Notes: a model not told the origin generated them from the sequence alone. A stretch of 63,944 nucleotides of DNA, filler included, from Candidatus Desantisbacteria bacterium CG1_02_49_89 (GCA_001871075.1; 4 parts of 4 records of this genome joined end to end with filler, not necessarily neighbours in it); one strand, 5' to 3'. Numbered from the whole stretch's first letter, positions 20,501 to 29,862 are shown. Program-made: numbers and translations.

Positions 20501-22167
20501 CGGGTTCGGTTGACAGGCAGGACCCTATAATAAGGATAAAGGAAGATTTCTCCCTGCTCCTGGAACAGGCAGGGGTTTCGGACGCGTTTGACACGAATTC
20601 AGTGCGCGTCGTGGAATACGACGCTGCGGGAAAGGCTTTCGAGATCCCGGCGCAGTTTGACTGCGTTCTTGGGGAAAAAGCCCGCGGTGAGGCTGTGTGG
20701 ATAATCCCCGGAAAAATGAAAGCGGGTGAGAAAAGGAACTTCTGCATATACTTTGACACCGTGAAGAGCCCAAAGAAACCCGTAAGATCCGAGATCAAGT
20801 ACAGCACGGATAACGGCGTGCTGCTTGTGGAAACAGGGAAGGGCGGGGCAAGGCTTGAGTTCAGCCTGGACGGCAGCGCCAGGGGCCCGCGCCTGGAATC
20901 CGTGATCTTTGACAATGAGAACAACAATGATTTCGACAACCAGGAGAATGTGCTGGGCCCTTCAGGATATAACGAGGGGTACGGCGATCTTACCGTGTGC
21001 CAGGACCCTATATGCTGGTTTAATTTTGGGGGATTGCAGGACGCTTCCGCGGTCGCGGACGTGGTTTCAAGCGGGCCTGTCTCGCTTACCGTGAAGATCT
21101 CAAATAAGGAACTATACGGCGGGGGAAAAGGCTCTCTGGATTCAGGGACAAAGGTCGTGGGATACGCTGACTGGTATTTCAGGTTCTTTAAAAACCAGAA
21201 AAGGATAGACCAGTGGGTGGATATCAACCTGCTGAGCAGCGGGCACAAGTGGACAAGGGAGCTTACGGCCAGGTATGGCCTTAACACCAGCGAGGGTGCC
21301 GGAGCGTCAGGGGAAGGCGGGGTGTTCTACGCGTTTAACAGCGAGCTCGCCGCCGTGGTGCTTGAGGACGAGGCAGGCCGCAAAAAGCCCGGCATCGTTT
21401 TCACTGAGGACGGAGGCGTGATACAGGTCGGGTTTGAAAGGTATGACAAAAAGGGCATGTATTATCCGGGAAGGTGGTTCATTGTTCCGGGCGGTCAGCC
21501 TGCGGAATATTATAATTCGCAGGCAATGCTGTTCCCGTTCGCGCAGTACGCGGTTGAAGTTCTCGGGAAATCCGGGGTTGAGAAGCTTGAGCCGAAACCG
21601 GTCCAGCCGAAAGCTTTTGACACAAAGCGTGAAATGGCTGCCCCTGAGGAAGGGGAAGCCGCGGCAAAGCCTGCGGCGGCCGCGCTCACGTTCTCGGACA
21701 GCGTCTATCTGATCATGGGAAAGAAAGACGTGAGCTTCGGCCTGAAGCGCAAGGACAATCCTGACGAGGGAAGGTCAAAATCCGGGACCAGGGCCGGAAA
21801 AGAATGCGGTTATCCGGGTGAGAACAAGAACGGACCCGGCAGGATGTTCTATTTTGACATTGACGACAAGTTCATAGCGGACGCGAAAACCCAGAAATTC
21901 ACCATTGCCGTTGAATACTTTGACGAAGGCCCTTCCGCGGGCCTGGAATACGATTCAACGGATGAGGCAGTGCAGAAATGCCCGACAGCAGGCGCGTTCA
22001 AGGACTACCCGGAGAAGATAGAGATAGAAGATTCGGGGAAATGGAAGACGTTTACATTCAGGATAGAGGACGGGCGTTTTAATAATTCCTGCAACGGAGC
22101 GGATTTCAGGTTCTCCGCAGAGGGTGAGTTCTGCATTTCCAGAATAACTATCACTAAGGCAAAATAG
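17539..22167 (+). CDS. Large secreted multidomain protein, possibly carbohydrate-active; paralog of 22630..27357
   Basis: ATG 17539 after GGAGGGG RBS; signal peptide; aromatic-rich helical core; WW..DWHYR module; C-terminal beta-sandwich/CBM-like domain. Confidence 0.75.
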   Translation: MHKLTAVVTACVMIAGCAFGEVAVGGSGKGVSISNGLTKINVVLKDGDAVGFEVFSTVKGELQVALVELSSSARWKAKTVESGKKGTGSFSSAFFTLKGMDTAGTKGTPEFGPDSYITVSLDEGNPFPQVEFKFDLKSFNADKWESAWGSGCPMYFLRCTLDEAQCFYQGGELFPSPTFDPYPITMPQMSGDWSPSRWSYAPAIGANPVPAMGLWAPQIKKFVGYEFQHSRSTNRSEKFIASSYCAGEDAHPKQFFTLLYPYAKGQWRKLRYPDKPAVIGTHFRVIYNLDLPSFQDPNDFVIHYIYRTYLDLLPDCPKMNDLSWMKGTQGSPDEYGALLLYDMGKRKGKPGRGASRLYVKYDQSEKQFFKAGATQLIGHQTGKAINLAYLVNNQNAIKDYKAQIEFLLPKAIEKTYENGDKCWVWNHPLEGAFNDGYKGDAATSTQHMFNWSIAEAMLYIYINEKDESYLKYIDGMLLWTKHYLYDRAGMADIPQSIFSMGAGNGGEFCLDYYYTFRNDPKRKELAKQAFDLAKMVVFRNVYYYTDDPDNYDELDPTFLMQAVNAQYWLGMVTWGEMGRIPEMLMQIYAETGDPVAKYITRGCLERFFWGARNTKLEFWENIDVFGESNGEKGKGSGGWGACNFKRYAQPVGDALARVVMGQGGAMAFCVKTFAVDIADYCYEPENNFEFKVTVDKSLAGAPLGEFGLIATAPRRDLRGKKVYLNGKELESGTFVISTIGEDVFLGAVKAGDVVTVGDIKAHKPLKTEQEKVRVIPKGKYVKEDAFALLNLYPVADTKIDATWQGDWGGYIPGKRYVSGIPCLMIDPVFNSDKTAVGGGVQVPVDEKVQAIFVFASTGGRIGKIGDYTVAYSDNTTQNFELVGGADAFAGSPYYKRTWQIKMYPNILPAEKSVKSIVFSKGSMIFAVTLQLLRTEDASKAIEIMKSATEMKMMAESNYNYQSPDKKNPLDLAWWNKDWHYRTLIQLGAGSVDRQDPIIRIKEDFSLLLEQAGVSDAFDTNSVRVVEYDAAGKAFEIPAQFDCVLGEKARGEAVWIIPGKMKAGEKRNFCIYFDTVKSPKKPVRSEIKYSTDNGVLLVETGKGGARLEFSLDGSARGPRLESVIFDNENNNDFDNQENVLGPSGYNEGYGDLTVCQDPICWFNFGGLQDASAVADVVSSGPVSLTVKISNKELYGGGKGSLDSGTKVVGYADWYFRFFKNQKRIDQWVDINLLSSGHKWTRELTARYGLNTSEGAGASGEGGVFYAFNSELAAVVLEDEAGRKKPGIVFTEDGGVIQVGFERYDKKGMYYPGRWFIVPGGQPAEYYNSQAMLFPFAQYAVEVLGKSGVEKLEPKPVQPKAFDTKREMAAPEEGEAAAKPAAAALTFSDSVYLIMGKKDVSFGLKRKDNPDEGRSKSGTRAGKECGYPGENKNGPGRMFYFDIDDKFIADAKTQKFTIAVEYFDEGPSAGLEYDSTDEAVQKCPTAGAFKDYPEKIEIEDSGKWKTFTFRIEDGRFNNSCNGADFRFSAEGEFCISRITITKAK

Positions 22168-22180
22168 TCAATTACCTTCA

Positions 22181-22215
22181 CCCTCCCCCTTGAACGGGGG
22201 AGGGATGGGTGAGGG
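22181..22215. repeat. Left palindromic end flanking DUF559 gene
   Basis: CCCTCCCCC-TTGAAC-GGGGGAGGG-ATGGGTGAGGG; inverted counterpart at 22558-22594. Confidence 0.8.
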
Positions 22216-22606
22216 TGGTTATTTGAATAAAAAATTAAGGGATCTTGCTAGAAATCTTAGAGATAATTCTACAGATACAGAGAATTATATATGGAGATTT
22301 TTAAGGAATAACCAATTAGAAGGATTTAAATTTCGCCGTCAGCATCCAATAGGGAAATATATCGTAGATTTTGTTAATTTAGAAAAGAGAATTATCGTTG
22401 AGGTAGATGGAGCGCAACATCTTACTAACAAAGAAAAAGATAGAATAAGAGATGCCTGGTTTAAAAAAGAAGGATTCAGAACTTTGAGATTCTGGGATAA
22501 CGAAGTATTAAACGATATCGAGTGTGCATTAGAAATCATAAGAGGAGAACTTTTATTCCCCTCACCCGAACCCTCTCCCGCAAAGGGGCGAGGGCGAAGG
22601 AATTAA
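22205..22606 (+). CDS. DUF559 / Vsr-like endonuclease domain protein
   Basis: ARNLR..STDTE..IW..LR..QL.G.KFRRQHPIG.YIVDF, EVDGAQH, D..RDAW...G..TLRFW; AT-rich relative to neighbours; start may be TTG 22223. Confidence 0.9.
   Translation: MGEGGYLNKKLRDLARNLRDNSTDTENYIWRFLRNNQLEGFKFRRQHPIGKYIVDFVNLEKRIIVEVDGAQHLTNKEKDRIRDAWFKKEGFRTLRFWDNEVLNDIECALEIIRGELLFPSPEPSPAKGRGRRN
22558..22594. repeat. Right palindromic end flanking DUF559 gene
   Basis: CCCCTCACCCGAA-CCCTCTCCCGCAAAGGGGCGAGGG, inverted relative to the left end. Confidence 0.8.
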
Positions 22607-22629
22607 ATATAATTTCAACGGGGGTTTTT

Positions 22630-25600
22630 ATGCCTAGACGTTTTATATTTTTGATTTTACTTTTAGCATTCAGCTTTTCCGCCCCGATATTATATCGGGG
22701 CGAGACCTCGCCCCTTTGGGGCGGGCAGCTTGCCCACGCCGGCTCCGGCGCCAGCGCCATCTGGAATTCGCTTGCGCGGGTGGAGGTCCTGAAAGCCGAA
22801 AAAGGCGCGTATGGGTTTACCGTGAAAGCCGAAGGCAGCAAGAAGGTCTGTAATGTTGAACTGACAAGCGGCCAGAGGTGGACAGCGTCTGACGTAAAGA
22901 CCGGGCAGGAAGGCAGTGTTTCCTGGGTTATTTTCAAAGGCATAGATACCACAGGGACAAAAGGGACACCTGTTTTTGGGGATGATTCATTCATCAAGGT
23001 ATCCCTTAAAGAGAACAACCCGTTCCCGGAAGTTGAGTTCTCGCTTAATTTCGCGTCTTTTGACGAAGGCAAGTGGAAAACAGGGCTTTCCCCGGTTTCC
23101 CCGCTCTATTACCTGCGCTGTACCCCTCCGAAATCCACTATGTTCTATATCGGAGGCGGTTACATCCCGTCTCCGCAGGTTGAGGAATTTCCCTTGAAAC
23201 TGAACAAGGGAAGGATGTCAGGCGAATGGGGAGACAAGTGGTCATACGCGCCTGCGATGGCAGGCTGGGCTGTGCCAGCAGTGGGATTGTGGGACCATGA
23301 AGGAGCTTTATTCGTTGGTTATGATTTCGCGGTCGCGCGGCATACCGACAAAACCGAAAAATACATCGCGAGCGCTTACTGCGCAGGCACAGGCGACCAT
23401 TCAGGCCAGTTCTTCACCCTTGTGCATCCGTACCAGACCCAGTGGTCAAAACTCGTGTTCCCAAAATGCCCTTCGACAGCCGCTTCGCATTTTGAAATAG
23501 TATATTCGTTCGATATCCCGTCCTGGAAAGACCCCAACATGTTCGTGATGAAGCACATATACGAAGCGCATAAGGACCTGCTGCCTGAGGTCTCGAGAAT
23601 GAACGACGTGGGTTTTATGCCCGTGATCGATTCCTGGACCTCGCCGTACGGCCTAGGTTACACCACAGGCGCAGGGGCAGGCGTAATGGGAAAGAGCTCA
23701 GGCGGAGGGCTGGAGGGCGTTTTCATAGAGATCGGCACAACAGTGCTGGGAAACAGGTTCATAGCTGACGCGATGGGATGGGTCAGGTATCAGAAAAATA
23801 AAACAGGGATGCGGGGCCTGAAAGACCAGCTGAAATACCTGATGAAAAAGGCTGTGTGGATGAATATCAGCGGGGATACCTGCTGCGTCTGGGTTGACCC
23901 GCTTGAAGGGCCGGGATTTAAAAAGCAGTGGGGAGGCAAGGAAGTAGAGACGATCTACAATGAGTGCGTGTTTGACATCGGCACAGCGATGGTGTTCGCG
24001 TATATGGATAAGGGAGAGACCCAGTACCTTCCTTTTGTCGACGGCGTATATAACTGGGCGAAGCACTTCCTGTTCCAGCGCAACGGCGTATGCGATCTGT
24101 CCTGGGCTATGTTCTGCCACGTCGCCTTGAGCGGCGGCGAGAATTTCATGCTGAATTACCGCAAATTCTTCAAGAACGACCCCCGGCGCGGGAAGAATTA
24201 CGGCGAGGCGCTTGACCTTGCGGCAATGTGCCTTTACAAGACGATGTGGATCTACACCGCGGACCCTGACGAGACTGACCTGATGGACCCTTCGTTCCTG
24301 ATACAGGCGGTTAATTCTGACTGGTGGATAGGAAAAGTTACCTGGAACGAATGCGGCTGGATCCCCAGGGTAATGATACCGGTGTATGTTGAGACAGGCG
24401 ACCCGCTCTTCAAATATCTTCTGAGGGGAGTGCTGGACAAATTCTGGACAGGTTACAAGGCGGACGCGGTGCACGTTGTCGAGAATATAGAGATCTTCGG
24501 GGAGAAAAGCCCGAAAGGGGAAAGGTCAGGCTCTCCTTTTGACGGGTGCATGCTTTCCGCGAGCCGCAGGTGGGCTTACCCGGTTGGCGACGCTGTGATG
24601 CGTGTGGATGTCGGCGAAAAAGCCGCCATCGCGTTCTGCAAGGATACGCGGGATTTTGACGCCGAGGATTACGCGTGCGACCCTGAGATGAACTGCTCTT
24701 TTAAGGTGGTTTCTTTGCAGCCCTCAAAACCGTCCCAGCCGATAAACATTATTGTTACAGCGCCGTTCAAAGACCTGCGCGGGAAAAAGGTTTACGTGAA
24801 CGGGGCAGAGCTGGGTGAAGACAGAAGCGAGTTCAACGAGGTCACTGAAGGGGAAGATGTTTACATAAAAGGAGTGAAGCCGGGGGACGCCATTAAAATC
24901 GGCGAGTTAAAAGTTGAAAGTTCTCCCAAAGGGATCCATTCGGAAAAGTTGTCCCAAAGGGATCCATTCGGAAAAGTTGAAAACGTGAAAATCAGAGAAG
25001 CGAGAAAAGAAAAATACACGGAGAAGATGGGGTTCAAGTGCCTTAATCTTTCGCAATTCTGCAATAGCGCTCTTGAGCTGCGGTGGTGGAGAAAGGATGA
25101 CATGTTCAAGCTGCGCGAGGATTCCTGGTTCGGGTATTCTGCGGGAGAACACATTGCGAACGGGGTGCCGTTCATGCTTGAAGACCCGGTCCTGAATTCT
25201 GATAAGGTTTTCATCCAGGGGAACCCGGGTTCGCCGGTATCGATCCCCGTCGGGGAAGAATGCGGAGCAATTGTTCTGTTCTTCGGTTCGCTCAATTCAG
25301 AAGGCGGGCCTTCAGGCAAGGCAAGCGTTGAGTTTGAGGACGGTTCAAAAGCAGTTTTAGATGTCGCAAGCTCCACCGTGCCTGCGGATTTCACGAACAA
25401 CCTGCCTGTAAGGAACTGGGATTTCCACATGCTGTGGTTCCGGCCTGAGAAGCAGCAGAACGTTGCGCGGATAATTATTGAAAGCGGGAGGCTTTTTGCG
25501 GTGACCCTTGGAACAGAAGGCAGGCATTTTGACATCGCCGCAAGGCTTGCTTCCGGAATAGCCGAAGAGCAGGCCCTGCGCATGCAGAACTACGGTTATT

Positions 25601-27357
25601 ATCTGCCGTCAAAGAGATCGCCGGTTGACTGGGCCTGGTGGGACAAATCCTGGAAGTACCGGGCGTTGATGGAAGTTGACGCCGGTGTTTACGAGCGCAA
25701 AGACGCTGCCGTCAGGCTCAAAGAGGATTTCGAAATGCTTTTCAGGCAGGCAGGCGTGAAAGATAATTTCGATTCCAATTCTTTGAGGATCGTTGAATAT
25801 TCATCCGACGGTAAAGCGCTGAAAGAAGTACCCGCACAGTTCGATGTTCTGAAGGAACTGAATGGATCAAAGGGCGAGCTTATTTTCATAATGCCGGAGA
25901 AAAGTCCCGCAGGCGGTAAAAGATACTTCTACGCGTATTTTGATTCAAAGAAAAGCAGGAAAAAACCGCCGAAACCTTCGATAAGCGTTTTATCCGCCGA
26001 AGGCGACAGGGTAACAGTAAACACCGGAAAAGGCGGAGTGGAATTCGAATACCTGCTGGACGGGAACGGCGTGGGCCCAAGGATTACAAATATAACATTT
26101 GACACTGAAGGGAGCGGGGATTTTGCAAACCAGAATAACGCGCTGGGCCGCTCGGGCTATAACAGCGGGTACGCTGACCTGACCGCGTGCCAGGACCCGA
26201 TCCTCTGGTATAATTTCGGACTGCTCCAGTCAGATCCCTGCCAGGCGTCAGTTGTGCACCTGGGGCAGGCGTCCCTGACCCTGAAGATCTCCGGCAAAGA
26301 GCTGTGGGGGGCAGGGGACGAAATAGGGTCGGGCAAGTCTGCCGCAGGCAGGAAAGGCCTGGCAGACCTGTATTTCAGGTTCTACGCGGGCAAACCCGAG
26401 TTTGATTCCTGGATCGATTACAGCCTTGAAAAGCCGGATACAAAATGGACAAGGGACTTGCAGGTGCGGTACGGGCTGAATGACTGGTCCGAAGCGGCTT
26501 CTGCTTCAAAAGCAGGAGTGACATATGCTACAGGCGGCCAGGTTGCTGTTGTCCCACTTGATGAGGAACAGGGAAGGTCGAAAATATCGGTTTCGTTCAC
26601 CACTGACGGCAACGTGCTCCAGCTCATGCTGGGCAAGCCGGAGTTTAAGGGCAGTTACTTCACTGACAAGTGGAGGACTATGCCCGCGCTGGGAGAGGAT
26701 GCGTACCTGGCAAACGCTATTCCCGTAAAGGTAACGCAGTACGCGATTGAGATCAATGAAAAGTCAGGCGCGAACAAGCCTGAAATTATTTCCGTGAAGC
26801 CTGAGCTATACAGCACCATAAAGGCTGTTGCCTCCGCTGAACAGGAAAAGCCGCTGCCAAGCCCCGAAGGAGTTCTTAACAAGGATTTTTCTTTTGAAGA
26901 AAAGGGCAGGTACTGGGGCTGCGAACCTGACGAGAGCTATTTTTATTACGGGGATTCACACTCAGGCAGGACCTGCGTAAGGCTGAGCATCGCGAAGGGC
27001 GGGCTTGCGCTTATCAGGACCAATCCTCTGTCAAGTTATCTTATGGACCTCAGTCCGAACAAGAACTATAAGGTATCGTTCTGGGCTAAAGCAGTGGGCA
27101 GTGAAGCTACCGTGATGGTCAACTTCTACGGAGGCGGGGCGCATGATTTCAAGCAGATACCCTTCAAGGTCGAGGCAAGTGAAGAATGGAAGAAATATGA
27201 GATGGTCGTGCCAACAGGCAATTTTCCTAAAGGAATGAAGGAAGGCAAGATATTCGCGTCTTCTTCGGTTATCCCGGGCCTCAGGATATGGTTGTTAAGT
27301 GAACCCGCGGAAGTTTATATAGACGATGTTGAGATCCGCGCCCCGGCCCAGCAGTAA
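22630..27357 (+). CDS. Large secreted multidomain protein, paralog of 17539..22167, with C-terminal CBM4/9-like domain
   Basis: Shared blocks with the paralog (GTKGTP.FG.DS, WSYAPA, QFFTL..P, DP.FL.QAVN, ETGDP, DLT.CQDPI.W.NFG); C-terminal NKDFSFEE...SHSG...YKVSFWAK...YIDDVEI. Confidence 0.78.
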   Translation: MPRRFIFLILLLAFSFSAPILYRGETSPLWGGQLAHAGSGASAIWNSLARVEVLKAEKGAYGFTVKAEGSKKVCNVELTSGQRWTASDVKTGQEGSVSWVIFKGIDTTGTKGTPVFGDDSFIKVSLKENNPFPEVEFSLNFASFDEGKWKTGLSPVSPLYYLRCTPPKSTMFYIGGGYIPSPQVEEFPLKLNKGRMSGEWGDKWSYAPAMAGWAVPAVGLWDHEGALFVGYDFAVARHTDKTEKYIASAYCAGTGDHSGQFFTLVHPYQTQWSKLVFPKCPSTAASHFEIVYSFDIPSWKDPNMFVMKHIYEAHKDLLPEVSRMNDVGFMPVIDSWTSPYGLGYTTGAGAGVMGKSSGGGLEGVFIEIGTTVLGNRFIADAMGWVRYQKNKTGMRGLKDQLKYLMKKAVWMNISGDTCCVWVDPLEGPGFKKQWGGKEVETIYNECVFDIGTAMVFAYMDKGETQYLPFVDGVYNWAKHFLFQRNGVCDLSWAMFCHVALSGGENFMLNYRKFFKNDPRRGKNYGEALDLAAMCLYKTMWIYTADPDETDLMDPSFLIQAVNSDWWIGKVTWNECGWIPRVMIPVYVETGDPLFKYLLRGVLDKFWTGYKADAVHVVENIEIFGEKSPKGERSGSPFDGCMLSASRRWAYPVGDAVMRVDVGEKAAIAFCKDTRDFDAEDYACDPEMNCSFKVVSLQPSKPSQPINIIVTAPFKDLRGKKVYVNGAELGEDRSEFNEVTEGEDVYIKGVKPGDAIKIGELKVESSPKGIHSEKLSQRDPFGKVENVKIREARKEKYTEKMGFKCLNLSQFCNSALELRWWRKDDMFKLREDSWFGYSAGEHIANGVPFMLEDPVLNSDKVFIQGNPGSPVSIPVGEECGAIVLFFGSLNSEGGPSGKASVEFEDGSKAVLDVASSTVPADFTNNLPVRNWDFHMLWFRPEKQQNVARIIIESGRLFAVTLGTEGRHFDIAARLASGIAEEQALRMQNYGYYLPSKRSPVDWAWWDKSWKYRALMEVDAGVYERKDAAVRLKEDFEMLFRQAGVKDNFDSNSLRIVEYSSDGKALKEVPAQFDVLKELNGSKGELIFIMPEKSPAGGKRYFYAYFDSKKSRKKPPKPSISVLSAEGDRVTVNTGKGGVEFEYLLDGNGVGPRITNITFDTEGSGDFANQNNALGRSGYNSGYADLTACQDPILWYNFGLLQSDPCQASVVHLGQASLTLKISGKELWGAGDEIGSGKSAAGRKGLADLYFRFYAGKPEFDSWIDYSLEKPDTKWTRDLQVRYGLNDWSEAASASKAGVTYATGGQVAVVPLDEEQGRSKISVSFTTDGNVLQLMLGKPEFKGSYFTDKWRTMPALGEDAYLANAIPVKVTQYAIEINEKSGANKPEIISVKPELYSTIKAVASAEQEKPLPSPEGVLNKDFSFEEKGRYWGCEPDESYFYYGDSHSGRTCVRLSIAKGGLALIRTNPLSSYLMDLSPNKNYKVSFWAKAVGSEATVMVNFYGGGAHDFKQIPFKVEASEEWKKYEMVVPTGNFPKGMKEGKIFASSSVIPGLRIWLLSEPAEVYIDDVEIRAPAQQ

Positions 27358-27521
27358 AACCGCGTATGGCGTATGGCTTATCGCCAGAAACAGATTTACG
27401 AAGTAAAAATCATTTTTAAATAATCACTGTCCCTAAAGGACCCCTGCGTTTTGCTTTCATGAGAAAGCTGCAGGGGTAATCAGCAGTTAATAATCACCGT
27501 AATCATTCAGTTGCGGAGCAA

Positions 27522-29855
27522 ATGATGGAACGCGTGTGGTGGATAGTTTTTCCTGTAATCATGCTGCTTACCGGGATCTGCGACTGGCACCCGATGCCGG
27601 GCCTGGAGATCGCGGTATTCCTGTTCCTCTTCATTGTTCCTTTGATCGCGGGATCCCGGGATGCCGGCACGCAGAAACAGCAGCGCGGCAAAGGCATATC
27701 AGCCTACTGCGGAAGGCTTATCGAGACGGGTGTTCTGATGCTTGTGTCGGTTGTGCCCTGGATTGTGGACACAAGGGCCTTTAATGCCGCGCTTGTCAAG
27801 ACCGTGTTTTCGCACCTGCTGATCTTCACTATGGCGGCTGCGTGGTTCCTGAAAATTTTAGAGGAAGGTTATTTCAGGCCTGCGAAGACCGCGCTGAACG
27901 TGCCGGTTCTCGGTTTCTGGGCGTGGTGCCTGATTTCGTTCTTTATCTCCCCGTACAAATACGCTTCGATGGAGGAGCTGTACCGTTTTTCAAGCTACTT
28001 TCTGCTTTTTTTTATAGTGGTCAACAACATAAAAGAAAAAGCGCAGTTTAAAAGGATCGCTGCGACAATGCTTGCAGGTTCCTTCGTGATAGCTTTGTAC
28101 GGCATCCTGCAGCGCCTCGGCATTGAATTCGTGGACTGGCCGTCCGGCGGAAGGATAATAGCAAGCCTCGGTAACCCGGATTTCTACAGCGGCTACCTCT
28201 GCGTTACGATACCTGTAAGCGCGGCAATGATAACCGAAGGTTCGGGATCAAAGGCTGCAAGGATCTTTTATACCGTCCTTTTTATCCTTCAGCTTGCCTG
28301 CCTTTATTTTACCTTCACTCGCGGAGGCTGGGCTGCGGTGCCGCTTGCCCTGTTGTTTCTGTTATTCCTAAAAATGCGCGCGGGCGGAAAGGACAAATTT
28401 TTTGCAGACAGGACCCGGGTAAGGATCTTCTGGGCTTCTGTTTTGGTAATTTCGGCCGGAGCGGCATGCGTGTTTTTCTGCAAACCTTTTGAACAGGCGA
28501 AGAACAAGGTAAAAACCATGTTCGGTTTCGCGGGCGGTGTTTTCAGGGAGGCGCCCGAGTTCCTTACTATGACAGGCCCTTATCCTGACAGCGTTTCGCC
28601 GGAGTGGATCGCGGAAGGCGGCAACAACGGCATCCTTTCCCGCAACCGCATATTCTATTCGCGCATGGAAGGCACTGCCGGGGTCAGGGTAACGCTTTGG
28701 TACGGTTCGTGGAGGATGTTCCTGAAAAATCCCCTGGCAATGGTGTTTGGCAGCGGCATAGGCACATTCCACCAGGAGTTCCCCCGGTTCAGGCCGCCAT
28801 ATCATAGGTTCAAGACGGTTTTCTTCGATAATACTCACGCGCATTCCGAATACCTGGAAATGCTGGCTGAAACGGGAATTGTTGGTCTGGCGCTGTTTAT
28901 ATGGATCGTTGCGGCGTTCTTCTTTGCAAAGCCCGGTCTTGAACAGCTTGACAGGTTCAGGAAAAACCTTTATTGCGGCCTGGTTGCCGCTGTTTTTGCG
29001 GTCCTTTTCGAAAACCTTGGCAGTGTTAACCTGCGCTGGACTTCATGCGCTTCGCTTTTCTGGGTTTGCCTTGGTCTGGCAACCGCGCTGGTTCGCGTAA
29101 AAACCGATCAGGATACCGGGAACAAAGGTCAGCCTGCGCCGGTTGCGGTTGTTCCTGCGGTATCAGGAAAGACAAAGCCTTTGCCTGCCAATGCAAAGCT
29201 TCTCGGTTACTCTTTGTCATTGATCTTGCTTATTTTGGTTTATATACCAACCATCAATTTTCTAACAGCCGATATTTTCCAAAAAAAGGGGGCTTTTAGC
29301 AAGGATGAACCCGGAGAATGGGAAAAAGCTATAGAATATTACAATAAAGCGCTAAAATATAACCCGGTAAGCCTTGAGATACCTTATAAGCTTGCTTTTG
29401 CGTATGCCAGGAAAGGGGATCTTGGCCAGGCACTTAAAATTTATTCAAAGATTGCAAAGCTGGCTCCTGATTACTATCAGGTTCACCATAATAAAGGATA
29501 TATATATTATATACTGAAAAACATGGATCCTGCGATAAAAGAGCTTGAAATAGCTGTAAGGCAGGATTGGTCAAACGATCTCGGGTTCTACCTGCTTGGT
29601 AAGGCTTATGAGGAGAAGGGAGATCTTGAGAAGGCGGAAAAGGCCTATCATAATGCAATTGAATCCAGGAAAGCAGTAAATAAGTATCTGGATAACAACG
29701 CTCCCTGGGTTAATACAGATGCCTATCTGGCGCTTGCAGAGCTATATACAAAGCTTGACAGTCCACTTGAAGCACAGGCCTGTTATGAAGCTGTCCAGAA
29801 TGCTGAATCGGATAATCCAGATCTGCCAAATAAACTGAAAAAGCTAAATAAATAA
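27522..29855 (+). CDS. O-antigen ligase (Wzy_C) family membrane protein with C-terminal TPR repeats
   Basis: Multi-TM; SLGNPDFYSGY, TFTRGGW, FGSGIGTF, HAHSEYLEMLAETGIVG; TPR repeats at C-terminus. Confidence 0.88.
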   Translation: MMERVWWIVFPVIMLLTGICDWHPMPGLEIAVFLFLFIVPLIAGSRDAGTQKQQRGKGISAYCGRLIETGVLMLVSVVPWIVDTRAFNAALVKTVFSHLLIFTMAAAWFLKILEEGYFRPAKTALNVPVLGFWAWCLISFFISPYKYASMEELYRFSSYFLLFFIVVNNIKEKAQFKRIAATMLAGSFVIALYGILQRLGIEFVDWPSGGRIIASLGNPDFYSGYLCVTIPVSAAMITEGSGSKAARIFYTVLFILQLACLYFTFTRGGWAAVPLALLFLLFLKMRAGGKDKFFADRTRVRIFWASVLVISAGAACVFFCKPFEQAKNKVKTMFGFAGGVFREAPEFLTMTGPYPDSVSPEWIAEGGNNGILSRNRIFYSRMEGTAGVRVTLWYGSWRMFLKNPLAMVFGSGIGTFHQEFPRFRPPYHRFKTVFFDNTHAHSEYLEMLAETGIVGLALFIWIVAAFFFAKPGLEQLDRFRKNLYCGLVAAVFAVLFENLGSVNLRWTSCASLFWVCLGLATALVRVKTDQDTGNKGQPAPVAVVPAVSGKTKPLPANAKLLGYSLSLILLILVYIPTINFLTADIFQKKGAFSKDEPGEWEKAIEYYNKALKYNPVSLEIPYKLAFAYARKGDLGQALKIYSKIAKLAPDYYQVHHNKGYIYYILKNMDPAIKELEIAVRQDWSNDLGFYLLGKAYEEKGDLEKAEKAYHNAIESRKAVNKYLDNNAPWVNTDAYLALAELYTKLDSPLEAQACYEAVQNAESDNPDLPNKLKKLNK

Positions 29856-29862
29856 GGGAAAT

